A DNA stretch of 64,000 nucleotides, taken from NCBI RefSeq assembly GCF_964204645.1, contig NC_134026.1, positions 12,733,950-12,797,949 on the forward strand, written 5' to 3'. The position numbers and the translations under genes are program-made. Each line of letters begins with the position of its first letter. Within the stretch, counting starts at the first letter, position 1. The stretch comes from Tubulanus polymorphus. Its lineage: Eukaryota; Animalia; Nemertea. This document shows positions 1 through 12,385 of this stretch, in pieces. Under the pieces are notes generated by a model that saw nothing but the letters and a program-made list of their open reading frames with translations, was not told the origin of the DNA and made no database searches.

Positions 1-665
1 ATCTCTGATGGCTCGGTCGACGGTTCCTCGGCAATTACCGGCAGCGACTCTGCAGACGACTTAGCGACGGATGTCGGAGACTGTATTGCTGACGTCTTTA
101 CACTAGTGGGCGGTTCGGTCGGTAGGCTATCGACGACGGTTGATAGTTTAACGCTTGCGACAGTCGGTGGATCATCGCTGAGGACGGGTGGAAGCTTCTC
201 CGTTATTGAAGGTGGAAAAACTTCCTCCATGGTGCCCGACATCTCTCTCATAATTCGGGTGACGACGTCGGAGGCCGATCACCCTTCCGATTGACAGTTG
301 GCGGGAGTGACCTCCATTGCCTGTTCTCTCGTCGAAGTTGCGGCCGGTTCGGGCGTCGACTTGCTCATCTTCTTCTAGTATTTCTTTTGACTCTGTTCTT
401 CGCGTTTAAACTTTCTCTTGCCGGATACCGCGGTGACCGTAGACGTGACGTTCGACTCGGACAAGACTTGTGCTGGCGGGTCTCGGTCCCACGAGTCTTC
501 CGCAACTTCGAGAATGCGCACTCTTTCCTCATGGTACTTGACGTGCCTGCGAGCCTTCAGCTTAGTGGCGAACTGCTTCCCACATTTCTCGCATTCGAAA
601 ACCTTTCCCTCGCGGGTCCGGCCTTTGCAATACCGATTGTGCGCGTGGACGTTTTCTTTGTCCAC
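1..665 (-). pseudogene. Gypsy accessory ORF downstream of pol with a C2H2 zinc finger and S/T/P-rich tail
   Basis: FECEKCGKQFATKLKARRHVKYH in ORF 375-665; the same frame continues through in-frame stops towards position 1. Confidence 0.6.
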
Positions 666-1502
666 TCTTCGCGCACAGTAGATACATTTAACTTTAGCTG
701 ATTTATCCCTACAAAATAAAACGGATAAAAACCATGAAGATTAATAATGTAGGCGACGCCTGGGCTAGCACCTGTCGCCATATCTATCAGGTGGTCTCGA
801 TGTACGCCCGAAAAATGTGGTTCTAAAATCTCTGAATAGTTGGGAGTCCTCAGGTCAGTTGCGGTTAGCTCAAGGTAAGGTTTCAGTCGGTCGAAATGCA
901 CGGTCATACGCTTGTTCGAATTAGGAAGCACTATAGTATAGACTACGTCGTTTATTATCTTGAAAATCTCGCATGGTCCTAAATCCGGTCGAATCATGTG
1001 TCGACGCTCGGTACGCCATCGTTAAGAATGGTAGCTGCTCGTCCCAGTCGTCCTGGTTTTTATTCACAAGCATGGCGAGCCCGTTCAACAGGGTGCGATT
1101 ATACCGCTCGACTAGTCCATCAGACTGCGGATGGTAGGCAGTAGTTCTAGTCTTAGGCCTACGCATTTCTAGCATGCCGCAAATTTCAGTCATTAGTTTT
1201 GACTGGAAATTAGACCATTGATCGGAGTGAAATTGTCTTGCTACTCCAAACCTACTTATAAATTCTCGGACGAGTGTTGCTGCTACAGTCTTGGCTTCCT
1301 GATTAGGTAGAGGATAGGCCTCTACCCAACGAGTAAAATAATCGGAGACAACTAAAATTACTGTGTTCCCGGCTTTCGTTTCGGGTAGCGGCCCCAAAAT
1401 ATCTAAAGCTATTCTTTCCATAGGTAGTCCGATGCGATAGTCTTTAAGTTTTGCTTTATTACTTCTAGGTGGACTCTTCCTGGTGGCACATAGGTCGCAC
1501 AC
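557..1502 (-). pseudogene. Gypsy integrase core and C-terminus (frameshifted)
   Basis: IALDILGPLP...FHSDQ...DGLVERYNRTL (D,D,E); VHFDRLKPY C-terminal motif in ORF 557-997. Confidence 0.92.
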
Positions 1503-2488
1503 CAGAGTTTGACATCGTCCCGAATTTCCGGCCAGAAATATCTTTTATGAATACTAGTGAGGGTCTTCTTGTAGCCAAAATGTCCAGCGGTTCTAGAGGC
1601 GTGAATCTCGATGAATACTTCGTGACGGTAAGTTTTAGGCAAACCTAACAACGTGGACGGTTCTAACCCTTGTCTTTCCTTGGTGATATACAGTACGCCG
1701 TCGACCAATCTTAATGGTTCCCACCGGGTTGCTAGAAATTTGCTGGTAGCGCCCTCACTCGCCACATCCTGCCAGCCTGGTCGGTTTTGGGACTTATACC
1801 GCTCTACAATCCATCTCAGATCAGGGTCGTTTGCTCGTGCTTGGCCTAGTTCTGTCGGCGACCATTTTGGCGCGCATGATAATTCAGTGGAACAGTCTCT
1901 GATAGCTCTCACCCGCTTGACGTGGCTGCATGGACTCTCGATTGTCTCATATCTCTCAGAGGCCCTTAAGCAATGCTGACATTCCCTACGACTCAGAGCA
2001 TCTGCGTTCGTATGAAGACGGCCGGGACGATGTTGAACCTTAAATTCATATTCTGACAGTAAGGTAATCCACCTGGCTATCTGTCCCTCCGGATCTTTAA
2101 AAGACATGAGCCAACGTAGGGAACCGTGGTCAGTGCGGAGCAGAAACTCTCTCCCTAATAAATAATGTCTAAAATGCTTGACGTACGTGACTACTGCTAA
2201 TAGCTCACGTCTCGTGACGCAATAATTTCGATCTTGTTTTCACAAGGTGCGACTTCCATAAGCGATTACTTTCTCTACCCCATCGTGTACTTGTGACAAA
2301 ACAGCCCCCAAGCCTACCCCACTAGCGTCTGTATCTAAAATAAACAGAGTATCCGGGAGTTGATACGCCAGTATTGGCGCTGTCATGAGCACGTTTTTCA
2401 ATTCCTCAAAAGCGTACTGACATTCCGTAGACCATTCAAATTTCCTTCCCTTCTCGATAATCTGTGGAGGGGTTTGCAATCGATGCAA
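1409..2488 (-). pseudogene. Gypsy RNase H, linker and integrase zinc-binding region (frameshifted)
   Basis: DTDASGVGLGAVLSQ; HRPGRLHTNADALSR; H..AGHFG...YFWP. Confidence 0.9.
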
Positions 2489-4775
2489 AATCCTGGCAAA
2501 AACTCCGGTAGTACGATGCTAAACCCAAAAATGATCTCACGTCGGTTTGACATCGCGGTACAGGCCAAGTCTTTATTGATTCTATTTTATCCGGATCGCA
2601 CGATACGCCGTCCTCGGAGACTACATGTCCTAAAAACGCAACTGATTTCTCAAAGAAGTGGCACTTCCTGGGTTTAAGTTTTAGATCAGATCTTCTAAGC
2701 CTTTCGAATACTTGGCGCAGGTTGTCCAAAGTCTCTTCAAAATTCTTTCCGAATACTATGATATCATCCAAATAAACTAAGCAAATCTCATACTGCAGGC
2801 CACAGAGAACCTGTTCCATGAGTCTTTCGAACGTCGCGCCGCTATTACATAACCCAAAAGGCATGTTTCGAAATTGAAATAGACCATCTCTCATGACAAA
2901 TGCGGATTTCTCTCTTGTAGATTCTGATAGCTCGACCTGCCAATAACCAGATGCGAGATCCATAGTCCAAAAATATCGAGAGCCAGAGAGAGAACGAATA
3001 GAGTCATCAATTCTGGGTAGGGGATAAGCATCTTTCATAGTGACATCATTCACACGCCGATAATCTAGGCAAAATCTAATTCCCCCGTCCTTCATTGACA
3101 CAAGAACTATCGGACTAGCCCACGGTGAAGTTGACGGTTCGACCACCCCGCGATCTAGCATCTCTTTGACTAGGCGACTAGCTACTTCTTGTCTTGCTGG
3201 TGGTAAGCGACGAGCCTTCTGTCTAACCGGCTTAGCGTCCCCTGTGTGTATATCATGCGTAATTCCCGGGGCTACACCTAAATCTGCGTCGGACCGAGCG
3301 AAGATGTCTCGATACTCTAGAATTAACTTTTCGACCTTTGACGCTTCGTCTGGTTGCAAATCTTTCGTGCTTCTCTCGACAAGATCATTTAAAAATTCGG
3401 GAGTCTCTTCACTTGGAGCACTGGGAGTATGCATGGCTCTCACATTACTGGGTTCCACTCTAACCACGGGTCTCAAATAGCCAAGGGATGTCCCCTTACA
3501 AACAGTAATCTTGTGTGGAGTAGGATTCAAAACTCTTGTGGGTAATATTAGATTCTCGGTGTCGACGAGACTTCTCGCTGTCAGAAATCGATGTTTGTGG
3601 CTAAACTCAGACGGTTCTATCATAGCCCACTTCCCGGAGTGGTGCTGTACATCAGTCGTTCCTTCCAGCACTTTTTCGCTGAAAGGTGGAATAACGACCC
3701 GTTGACGGCTTCTGACGTGAGTATTGTTCTTATCCAGCTGGCATTTCTTCCCGTAGATAATTTGTTCACCGTGGCACGTAATACTTTGCCTGGCTGGATG
3801 AATCTGGCAGTCATAGTGTGAAAGAAAATCTAAACCTAGGACAGTTTCATCTTCGATGTCAGCCACAGCGAACGGCCAGGGCATTACCTCACCGACCTCA
3901 AGTTTACCATATGTTTTCAGATGGGAATTACTGATATTGTACAGCTGTAAATTCGATTTTTCTAGATTCTCTTTTGATGCTGGGTGTAATTTCTCGAAAA
4001 CGCTTTTACTTAGAACTGAAACACACGCACCGGTATCGACTAAAAATTTGGTTTGTACACTATCAACTTTCCCGTTGATAATTATACTAGATACGGTGTT
4101 GCTGATCGCGCTCACAGCAACTCGTTCATCTGAGTGGGTTGGTGATGAGAGTTTGATTTTTAAGCTCTCCTCTGGCTTGACTCTTTGAGCCAGGGGTCGC
4201 CCGTTTCCCCGTCTCGGTCCTTCTCGGCAGTTTCTAGAGATGTGTCCTGCTTGACCACAACTATAACATACTATAGAATGATTGTCTCGACGAACGCTCT
4301 GTTGAGATTGAAGGCCTACCAACTGCTTCACCATTGTCGTTAACTCGGTCACCTGAGATCTCAATGTCTCAATTTGGTCATTCTCTTCTACTTTCGTTGC
4401 TCTTACAAACCCGTGGGAGCCACGCTCTCTATCTTCCTCCAATCTCTTAAACCCCTCTAGTTCTACGGCTAAACGGACTAACTCGTCGAGCGATTTACAA
4501 TGACTCTGATACAATTGCATACGCAGCTCTCTATCGTCGATCGCGTCTGTAAAATGAGTGCGGACCAAACGGTCTCTCTGAAATGGGTCTAAATCAGGAT
4601 AAGCCTGTACCGCAAGGGAAAGTAGCTCTTGCCCCAGTTCTCTTAGGGTTTCTGTCCTCTTACGCCTTCTGTTCTTAATTTCAGCTAAGAAGAGTTCAGA
4701 TTGATGGCCAAAACCAAATCTCGAGCCGAGTATACCGACTAACTCACCATAATCAAGCCGGCTTCGATGCGACAA
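2436..4775 (-). CDS. Gypsy Gag-protease-reverse transcriptase polyprotein fragment
   Basis: 779-aa ORF with CCHC knuckle, DTG protease, RT motifs (SPWASPIVLV, DLASGYWQV, MPFGLCN, YLDDIIV). Confidence 0.93.
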   Translation of the reverse strand: MSHRSRLDYGELVGILGSRFGFGHQSELFLAEIKNRRRKRTETLRELGQELLSLAVQAYPDLDPFQRDRLVRTHFTDAIDDRELRMQLYQSHCKSLDELVRLAVELEGFKRLEEDRERGSHGFVRATKVEENDQIETLRSQVTELTTMVKQLVGLQSQQSVRRDNHSIVCYSCGQAGHISRNCREGPRRGNGRPLAQRVKPEESLKIKLSSPTHSDERVAVSAISNTVSSIIINGKVDSVQTKFLVDTGACVSVLSKSVFEKLHPASKENLEKSNLQLYNISNSHLKTYGKLEVGEVMPWPFAVADIEDETVLGLDFLSHYDCQIHPARQSITCHGEQIIYGKKCQLDKNNTHVRSRQRVVIPPFSEKVLEGTTDVQHHSGKWAMIEPSEFSHKHRFLTARSLVDTENLILPTRVLNPTPHKITVCKGTSLGYLRPVVRVEPSNVRAMHTPSAPSEETPEFLNDLVERSTKDLQPDEASKVEKLILEYRDIFARSDADLGVAPGITHDIHTGDAKPVRQKARRLPPARQEVASRLVKEMLDRGVVEPSTSPWASPIVLVSMKDGGIRFCLDYRRVNDVTMKDAYPLPRIDDSIRSLSGSRYFWTMDLASGYWQVELSESTREKSAFVMRDGLFQFRNMPFGLCNSGATFERLMEQVLCGLQYEICLVYLDDIIVFGKNFEETLDNLRQVFERLRRSDLKLKPRKCHFFEKSVAFLGHVVSEDGVSCDPDKIESIKTWPVPRCQTDVRSFLGLASYYRSFCQDFASIANPSTDYREGKEI

Positions 4776-4783
4776 AGTGCAAG

Positions 4784-5333
4784 CTAATTGACGGGCTGGG
4801 CCTGGAAGGTGTACGAAAAGAAAATCTGCCTTGGATCCATCGTCCCAGCGGTTGATACGTGATACCGTCTCAAAAACTTAAATATAATCTCGCCAAGAAC
4901 CGTTACAGTCGAAGGTTTCGGGCTTGATTCTACATGCCGGGTTACGATCTTGAGCGAGGCGCTGACTCTCAAAATCAAAATTTGACCCCAAAGGAATTCG
5001 GTCAAGACGATCGCTCGTTTCGACATTGCGCTCGAAACGGTCTGCATAATGAGAACTCTGGTCTCCGGAGCTAACTCTACGAGGAAGCGTTGTCGTCTCA
5101 AACACCTCTGAACCTTTCTCGAGTGCATCAGTCGCGGTAACTGCTTCCGTTACGGCTGGGGAATCTCCTACGACTGTCGTCTCTCTGTCTAAGGGCTGAC
5201 GACGGGTAAGATTCCCATCTCTTCGAGATTGCGATACCTCGTCGCTAAGACTTCGGGGTTGTCTACGAGCATTACTCCTAGTCGAAGGTCTACCTCTCAG
5301 ATCACCATCCACGTCAACGGATTGAGTACTCAT
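4784..5333 (-). pseudogene. Gypsy Gag N-terminus
   Basis: IKPETFDCNGSWRDY gag-like motif, followed by a stop and frameshift into the main ORF. Confidence 0.75.
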
Positions 5334-5510
5334 CTTTTCTAAGTCACTAAAATTCGAATAATAATCTTAATCATCATGTACGAATTCTGAACGAGTCTAT
5401 GTTCCACTCAGTGCCAAAATAATAAAGATAAAAGAAAGGTTATGCTAAAATTCTCGTTGAGTTTCTTCTGTGCAGGTCTATCAACTAATCGATCAAATCA
5501 AATCAATTTC

Positions 5511-5520
5511 ATCCCACCGC
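5511..5520 (-). promoter_or_regulatory. Truncated tRNA-Leu primer binding site
   Basis: Plus-strand ATCCCACCGC equals the first 10 nt of the tRNA-Leu 3' end ATCCCACCGCTGCCACCA; lies ~180 nt upstream of the gag ATG. Confidence 0.7.
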
Positions 5521-5668
5521 AGTAAATAGGATAATAGGGGTTCAGGCCAAAGGTCGAAGGGTCGAGCTCATAAAAAATGAAAAATAAATTCACGCACGCT
5601 CGAATTTATTTTTCATTTTTTACTCGCCCCTTCAACCTTTAACCCGAACCCCTATTATCCTATTTACT
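5521..5668. repeat. 148-nt imperfect palindrome/hairpin at the left end of the Polinton
   Basis: AGTAAATAGGATAATAGGGGTTC...TAAAAAATGAAAAATAAATTC-loop-GAATTTATTTTTCATTTTTTA...GAACCCCTATTATCCTATTTACT. Confidence 0.95.
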
Positions 5669-5747
5669 CTTAAAATATTCATATATATGAATAACATATA
5701 AATGAATAACTTCTAAAATCAATTTTAATAAAAAATTTGATATTTAA

Positions 5748-8700
5748 ATGGAAGCAAATAAGAAGTACTACTGTCCAATATGTAAAATCAATAAAGATAA
5801 ATCCCAAAAACCAAGACACAATAAAACTAGAACACATTTAGAAAATAAATTTAAGTTAGAATATAAAGATGATATATTAGAAACTAAATTAGATGAATTA
5901 AAGAATGAAAAAGAAACATACAAATGTGATTCATGTAATCAATCATTCAGTGATAAAAGATATTATAAAGAACATTTAAAATCTAAAAGTCATATTAGAA
6001 ATATGAATAATGATATTTTAGGTGAAGATTATTCTGATAAAGATAATGATAAGAAACCGAAGACAATTAAAAGAATAAAAAATAAATTAAACAATAAAAG
6101 ACCATACATGGAAGATGTAACAAATTATATTAATTCATTAGATAATAAAGAAGAAATAGAGATAACTGAAGTATTTAAAAGTGATATTGGTCCAGCAGCT
6201 ATTGAGTTTAAATTCCATAAAGGAAAAACATTAGAAGAAAATAAAAAACATTTGGAAAATATGAAAAATATTATAAAAATAATCACAGATGTTGGTATAC
6301 CCTAAAATTAGCATATCAGTTAAAGTAAAGTTTATAAAATCTGAAGATAAACCAATATATAATATAAATTCCCATTCACAACATATTATTTCAAAACAAC
6401 ATATAGATGAAAAATGAGATAAATGTTATAATGAAGTAAAAACTAAAATAGAAGAGAAATATTTTGAAGGATCAGGTTTAATATTCGATGAAATAATATT
6501 TATGACTTTACATGTTTATAGTTACAACACAAAATATAATAAGTTAACTAAATCAAAACCAATTGATGAAAATAATTCATCATATTATAAAGATAATAAT
6601 ATAAATGGATCAAGTTATATTAAACAAATGCTGTTATAAACGTATAAAATGAAGATAATAAATGTTTTCTATGGACAATTATAAGTTGCTTACATCCAGT
6701 TGAAGATTACAATAAACATACTTATAGATTAACAAATTATATACAATTTGAAAATAATTATAAGATAGACAATTATCCAGTTAGAATTAAAGATATCCCA
6801 AAAATAGAAAGATAAAATAATCTAAGAATAAATGTATTTGATTTAATCAAATTACCAAATACAAAAGGTGATAAAATTGAACACTATACATTAGAACCTT
6901 TGTATTTATCAAAAGATTATGATTCAAATGGTGTTATAGATATATTATATTATGAAAATCATTATATGTGGATAAAACAAATCGATTTATTTTTTAGAAC
7001 AGAAAATAACCACAATAAAATATATCTATGTAGAAAATGTTTAATAAATAGATTCAGTAATGAAAGCACATTATTAAATCATAAACAATTATGTGATAAT
7101 CATGATTATTGTAAATTATTTTTACCAAATGAAAAGGATAAAATATTAGAATTAAAAAAATATGATTACAAGAATAAAGTACCATTTGTAATATATGGAG
7201 ATTTTGAATCACTAAATAAAGAATTAACTTATCAAGATAGAAAAGAAATATATTATAAAAGAAAGAAATTAAATTCTAATGAAAATGATGTAATTGATTA
7301 TTCAGATCCCCTAATAACAAATACTATTAAAAAGATTCATCAATCAGCAGCAGCTTTCGGGTTATATATAAAATCTGATTATACCGAACTAATTAAAAGT
7401 GAATATTATAATTATAGAAATGAAAATGTTATCAATCATTTTTGTGACTTATTAATTGAGGATGAAATCAAATTTAGTAAAGTATTAGATACAAATAAAG
7501 AAATTATAATGACAGAAGAAGATAAAGAAGAATTTGAGTTTGCTGATAAATGTTATTATTGTGAAAAACTATTTAATTATAAAGATAAAAAAGTGAGAGA
7601 CCATGATCAATTGAATGGAAATTTTAGAGGCGCGGCGCACGAGAATTGTAACTTACAAGCTAAGAAAATCAATTTTGTTCCAGTAATATTTCATAATTTA
7701 TCAGGGTATGATGCACATTTATTCATCAAGCAACTGTGCCATAAGATAGAAGAAATCAATAATCAAATAGAAAGATTAAATTCATATAGATCAAAAGATA
7801 AAATACCAACTTATAAATTTAAAATGTTAGCTAAAACATCTGAGGATTATATATCTTTCCAATTTGGGTGTCTAAGATTTATAGATTCATATAGGTTTCT
7901 AGGTAGTTCATTAGATAATTTATCAAAATCATTAGTTGATGATGAATTAAAAATATTAAAGCAACAATATCCAAATAATGATGATTTTCAATTAATGAGA
8001 TATAAAGGCGCAATTCCATATTCATTTTACAAATCGCATTATGATTTCAATATAACTGAATTATTAAAAGAATGATTTTATGATGAATTAAAAAATGAAT
8101 ATGTTAAAGATAAAGTCTGTAATAGAACATTGAATATTTGGAATCATTTTGGAATGAAAAATCATGGACAATTAGTAGATTTATATTTAAAATCAGATGT
8201 ATTATTATTAACTGATATATTCGAAAGGTTTAGAGATGTAAACCTAGAATATTTTAATATTGATCCTTGCCATTGTTATTCTAGGCCAGATTTAACTTGG
8301 GATTTTGGTTTAAGATTTACAGATATAAAAATGGATTTGTTGACAAATATAGATCAATTATTATTATTTGAAAAATCTATAAGAGGAGGAGTTTCAGGTG
8401 TATTAGGTGATAGATATTTCAATGTAAATGATAACCTTGGATATAAGTTATTATATATAGATGCAAATAATCTATATGGTTGGGCAATGATGGAACCTCA
8501 ACCTTATGGAGTATTTGAAATAACAGAAGTTTTACAGCATGAAAATAATGATAAATTTGATTAGAAGAAAAGAATTCTAGATATTGCAGATGATTCAGAG
8601 ACTGGTTACTTTTTTGTTGTATATTTAGAATATCCTGAACATATTAAATTTAAATCTAGAAATCTAGCTTACTGCCCCGAACATAAAACTGTAACACATG

Positions 8701-9735
8701 AAGATTTATCAAATTACCAAAAAAGAATTAAACCTGAAAATCATATTCATACAGAAAAGTTAATGGTAACTCAGGAAGATAAATATAATTATGTAGTACA
8801 TTATAGAATGTTGAAGTTTTATTTGAATCAAGGAATGGTTCTAAAAAAGTACATAGATATATTTCATTTAGTCAATCTAAATGGTTAGAAAAATATATAG
8901 ATTTTAACACCAAACAGAGAACTAAAGCTAAAACTGATTTCGAGAAAGATTTCTTCTAACTAATGAATAATGCATTCTATGGTAAGACTTGTGAAAATAT
9001 CAGAAATAGAAATGATATTGAGTTAGTTAGCAATGGCAAAAGGATAAGGCATTTACAAACATATCCTAAGTTCATAGGTAACAGAATATTTGATGAAAAT
9101 CAAAGAAATTTGATGAAATATCAAAGCTATTGATGTATGAATTCTATTATAACGTGTTACAACCTCATTTTGGAGAAAAGCATATAGAAATCTTATATTT
9201 TGATACTGACAGTTACATATTAAAGATAAAAACTAATAACATAACAGATGATTTAAAAACATTAAAACATCATTTTGATTTTAGTAATTATCCTAAAGAT
9301 CATAAATTGTTTAGCAATGATAATAAAAAGGTGCCTGGTAAATTCAAAGATGAATTAGGAGGTGAAGAAATGATAGAATTTATAGGTATTCGATCTAAAA
9401 TGTATAGTTATAGAACTAAAACTCATGAAGCTAAAAAGTTAAAAGGAATAACCAAAAGTGTAGTAGAAAAGAATATTAATTTCAAAGATTACATCAATTG
9501 TATATTCAATGAAGAAGTTAGAAAACATAAGATGAAATGTTTAAGATCTGAGTACCACGAGATGTTTATTGAAGAGATAGAAGAGGTTAGTTTGAACCCA
9601 TTCGATGATAAAAGATATATTTTAGATGATGGTATACACACAGTTGCTTACGGTTGCAATTTAGATGAATACTTAAAATTTAAAAGAGAAGAAACAAAAG
9701 AGAATGAGATTATGAAAAGAATTCTAGCGTGTTAA
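5748..9735 (+). pseudogene. Protein-primed family B DNA polymerase with N-terminal zinc fingers and endonuclease VII-like insert; multiple stops/frameshifts
   Basis: C2H2 fingers, EGSG, NEDNKCF, KVRDHD..GNFRGAAH..CN, IFHNLSGYD, DSYRFL, YIDANNLYGWAM, LMNNAFYGK, YFDTDS and KKLKGI across ORFs 5748-6305, 6900-8075, 8130-8564 and 9130-9735. Confidence 0.93.
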
Positions 9736-9753
9736 TCAAATTTTAATAAAATT

Positions 9754-10107
9754 ATGTATTATAAACAAGCACACAGTGAGAACAACAAATCATTTCTAGA
9801 TAGAATAGAAGATACTTCAAATGTCAAATCAGTAGATTATAAATTTAAGAAGTTAAAAGAATTAATAATCCATAAGAAATATCTAATTAAAAATATTGAT
9901 ACAGTTACTAACAAATATGGAGATAAATTAGTTATCCACTTAGAATATGAATGATTAAAGGGAAATACATATAAATTCAGAAAATATTTACCAGATAGAT
10001 TTCATAGATTATCAAGTGACGATTTAGAAGAATTATGTTCAGGTGATTTCTATTTCATATACAAAGGTAAGAATGAAAAGGGGCACCATGAATTAGATTT
10101 CGAATAA
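9754..10107 (+). pseudogene. Small Polinton hypothetical protein (one internal stop)
   Basis: Frame continues past TGA at 9952-9954 to TAA at 10105-10107. Confidence 0.5.
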
Positions 10108-10124
10108 GAAAATATGTAAAATAA

Positions 10125-10550
10125 ATGGTAGAATTAAAAGAATATAGAATATTTGTTGATTCTAGAAAACTGTTAAATTCTAAATCACACAATTTACTAG
10201 TACAATTAGATAGAGAAGTTAAGAATTGTGTTGATTTAAAATTAGTAAATGTAAGTTTATGTAATTCTTTTTATAATATATCGGATAAAACTTTTGAACA
10301 TAGAGGGTTTATGATTTATATGAGAAATAAAGATAAATGGTTTCATCTATTTTTAAAACCAGGATTATATAATTTCGAATCATTAGCGCAGGAAATTAAT
10401 AGAAGAGCTCGGTTGAAAATCGGGGGAACTTCTGTATTTGAAATTAAATTTATTAAAATTGATAGTACTAATACAATAAGAATAAAGATAGCTAATGAAC
10501 AACATAAATTTATGGTAAACAAACCAATGGCTAAAATGTTAGGAATTAAA
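10125..10550 (+). pseudogene. Putative minor capsid (penton-like) protein, truncated by LINE insertion
   Basis: IFVDSR...VKNCVDLKLVNVSLCNSFYNI...PGLYNFESLAQEIN resembles penton/minor capsid N-termini; TAAATG start; composition changes at ~10551. Confidence 0.55.
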
Positions 10551-10601
10551 CCGCTTACAGCCCCCTTCGCGCTGAGAAATATCTTATTCCCAGTCAGCAA
10601 A

Positions 10602-11295
10602 GGGTCTGACTATTTCAGATGGCTGGGAGTCACCTTCATTTCGGTCAACGAATTATACATCTAGACTTCACCTACGATGTAACGTAGCACAATACACTGG
10701 GTTCGAATCCCGTAAATCGTTCCACGAACTCGGTCCCTCAGCGCAATTCGTTCAAACAAAGTTCCCATTTTTTGTCTGAATGAAATTCAATTAAATGACC
10801 AATAGAAACTTATTTCCAATCAGGAGATCTGCTATCCAAAAGGAAATTCCTTAAAAAGTCCTCGTAAATTACATTCAACTTGAAGAAAAATATAAACTAA
10901 AACCATATATATGTACCATACAAACTTTTTTATTTCACAAATTTCTAAATTTGAATAAACACCACATTGTTCTGATATAAATCAACTTACACAATTTTAA
11001 AATTTGAATATACATGTACATAGTTCTGATTGACTTGGAAATTTGAAAATTGGATTACAACACGGCCTTACAGCATTTTAATAGTGCATACGGTTCAGAT
11101 GATGTTAGGTGACATTGAGTACAATATGGTGAATATTACAAGTCATTGATATACAAATATGGTGATTGTCAAACATTTCTCTACAACGATCGGGTTACTA
11201 AGATATAAAAAATTATTATGTGTAAAAAGTTAAAAAGCAAACCAAAATGGCCAAATTAGCTCACCTGTTGCCGAAGTGTGCAGAAAATAAATGTT

Positions 11296-11375
<80 letters not shown>

Positions 11376-12385
11376 GGTATATATATGCCAATGAGTCCAC
11401 ACATTTACAATGGACAAAAATTTTCCACAACTTTAAATGTTCCTATATTAAAATAATTAGCATATTTTTTATGTAACTAATCGACACCACATTTGTGCTG
11501 TGTAATGATCCCAATAACCATTATCAAAAATACATCATATACATGTTATATGGAGTATTAGACAAAAACATTAAGTCAAAAAGCAGTAAGTGAAAGAGAA
11601 AAAAGCATGTTGCACCCCCCAACAAAAATATGTTTTGGTATTAAGTCCATTCAGGTCAAGCATTTATAGAATTAAAAATATAACCAGAAAATTATAGTTT
11701 AAGTAGGCTAGGCCAAGCAAAACTGGCAGCTTGTCAAAGCGGCATCATAGGGGGGGGGGGCGATGAAGCATCTGCCCCCCATAATTTTGGTTACGACCAA
11801 ATTTTTTGTAATGATCACCATTAGGCTATATATTGTGATTTCGCTGAAATGAAATGAAGTGGTTTGCCCCAATAATACCCGTAATTCCGGTGACGCGCGT
11901 GCATGTATTAGCCTAGAGACATACGATCATATCGAAAAACAGTACAGGAAGGCTTATTCGTACTGGTGTATATATGCTGTTTGCGAGGCCATATGTCAAC
12001 ACGACAAGTGTTTTCTTAACACAACACTCATCAGCTTATAAGTTATTATACTGTACTATAGGCCTAGATAGATAGAACAGAAAACAATTAACAAGACTAG
12101 AGTCAGAGAGACATTAAAATTACGTACGGTAAAAGATAAACATACCACCACAATATTCAGAGAAATTTTCCTTCCACCAGACGCACCACTTAGTTCTTGA
12201 CTTCAATTCGTGTTCATTGATGAGTGATGACACCGCCATAAAATCATGACAATCATGACAACAATAAGACGGATCGGAAGATGAAGTTGAATCGTCCGCC
12301 ATTTTAGGTACGTAGGTAAAGTCTAAATGTATAATTTGCAGACCGAAATGAAGGTGACTCCCAGCCATCTGAAATAGTCAGACCC
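10602..12385. mobile_element. Non-autonomous Mutator-like DNA transposon
   Basis: ~75-bp TIRs (GGGTCTGACTATTTCAGATGGCTGGGAGTCACC... at 10602; inverse ending 12385); 9-bp TSD GTCAGCAAA (10593-10601 and 12386-12394). Confidence 0.88.
11299..11373. repeat. (TA)n microsatellite
   Basis: ~75 nt pure AT dinucleotide run. Confidence 0.99.

Larger units (their letters stand above)
1..5520 (-). mobile_element. Gypsy/Ty3 LTR retrotransposon, internal region, degenerate; 3' part runs off the window start
   Basis: Gag CCHC knuckle (CYSCGQAGHISRNC), protease (FLVDTGA), RT (YLDD), RNase H (DTDASGVGLGAVL) and integrase in PR-RT-RH-IN order, with several stops/frameshifts; partial PBS at 5511-5520. Confidence 0.95.
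5521..10550 (+). mobile_element. Polinton/Maverick (adintovirus-like) endogenous virus, left block
   Basis: Abrupt switch to very AT-rich sequence; protein-primed PolB and penton-like gene. Confidence 0.9.

Noticed and set aside
1653-4188. Plus-strand ORFs opposite Gypsy pol, and similar antisense ORFs over the LINE, BEL and Sola genes
   Set aside because: Antisense shadows of real coding frames with no independent motifs
10551-10664. C-terminal part of ORF 10125-10664
   Set aside because: Read-through into the LINE 5' UTR and MULE TIR, not part of the viral gene
10698-10712. GGTTCGAATCC B-box motifs here and near 57087 and 57300 as tRNA genes
   Set aside because: No cloverleaf or acceptor stem; isolated motifs inside transposons
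11230-11476. YIYIYI ORFs
   Set aside because: Artefacts of the (TA)n microsatellite
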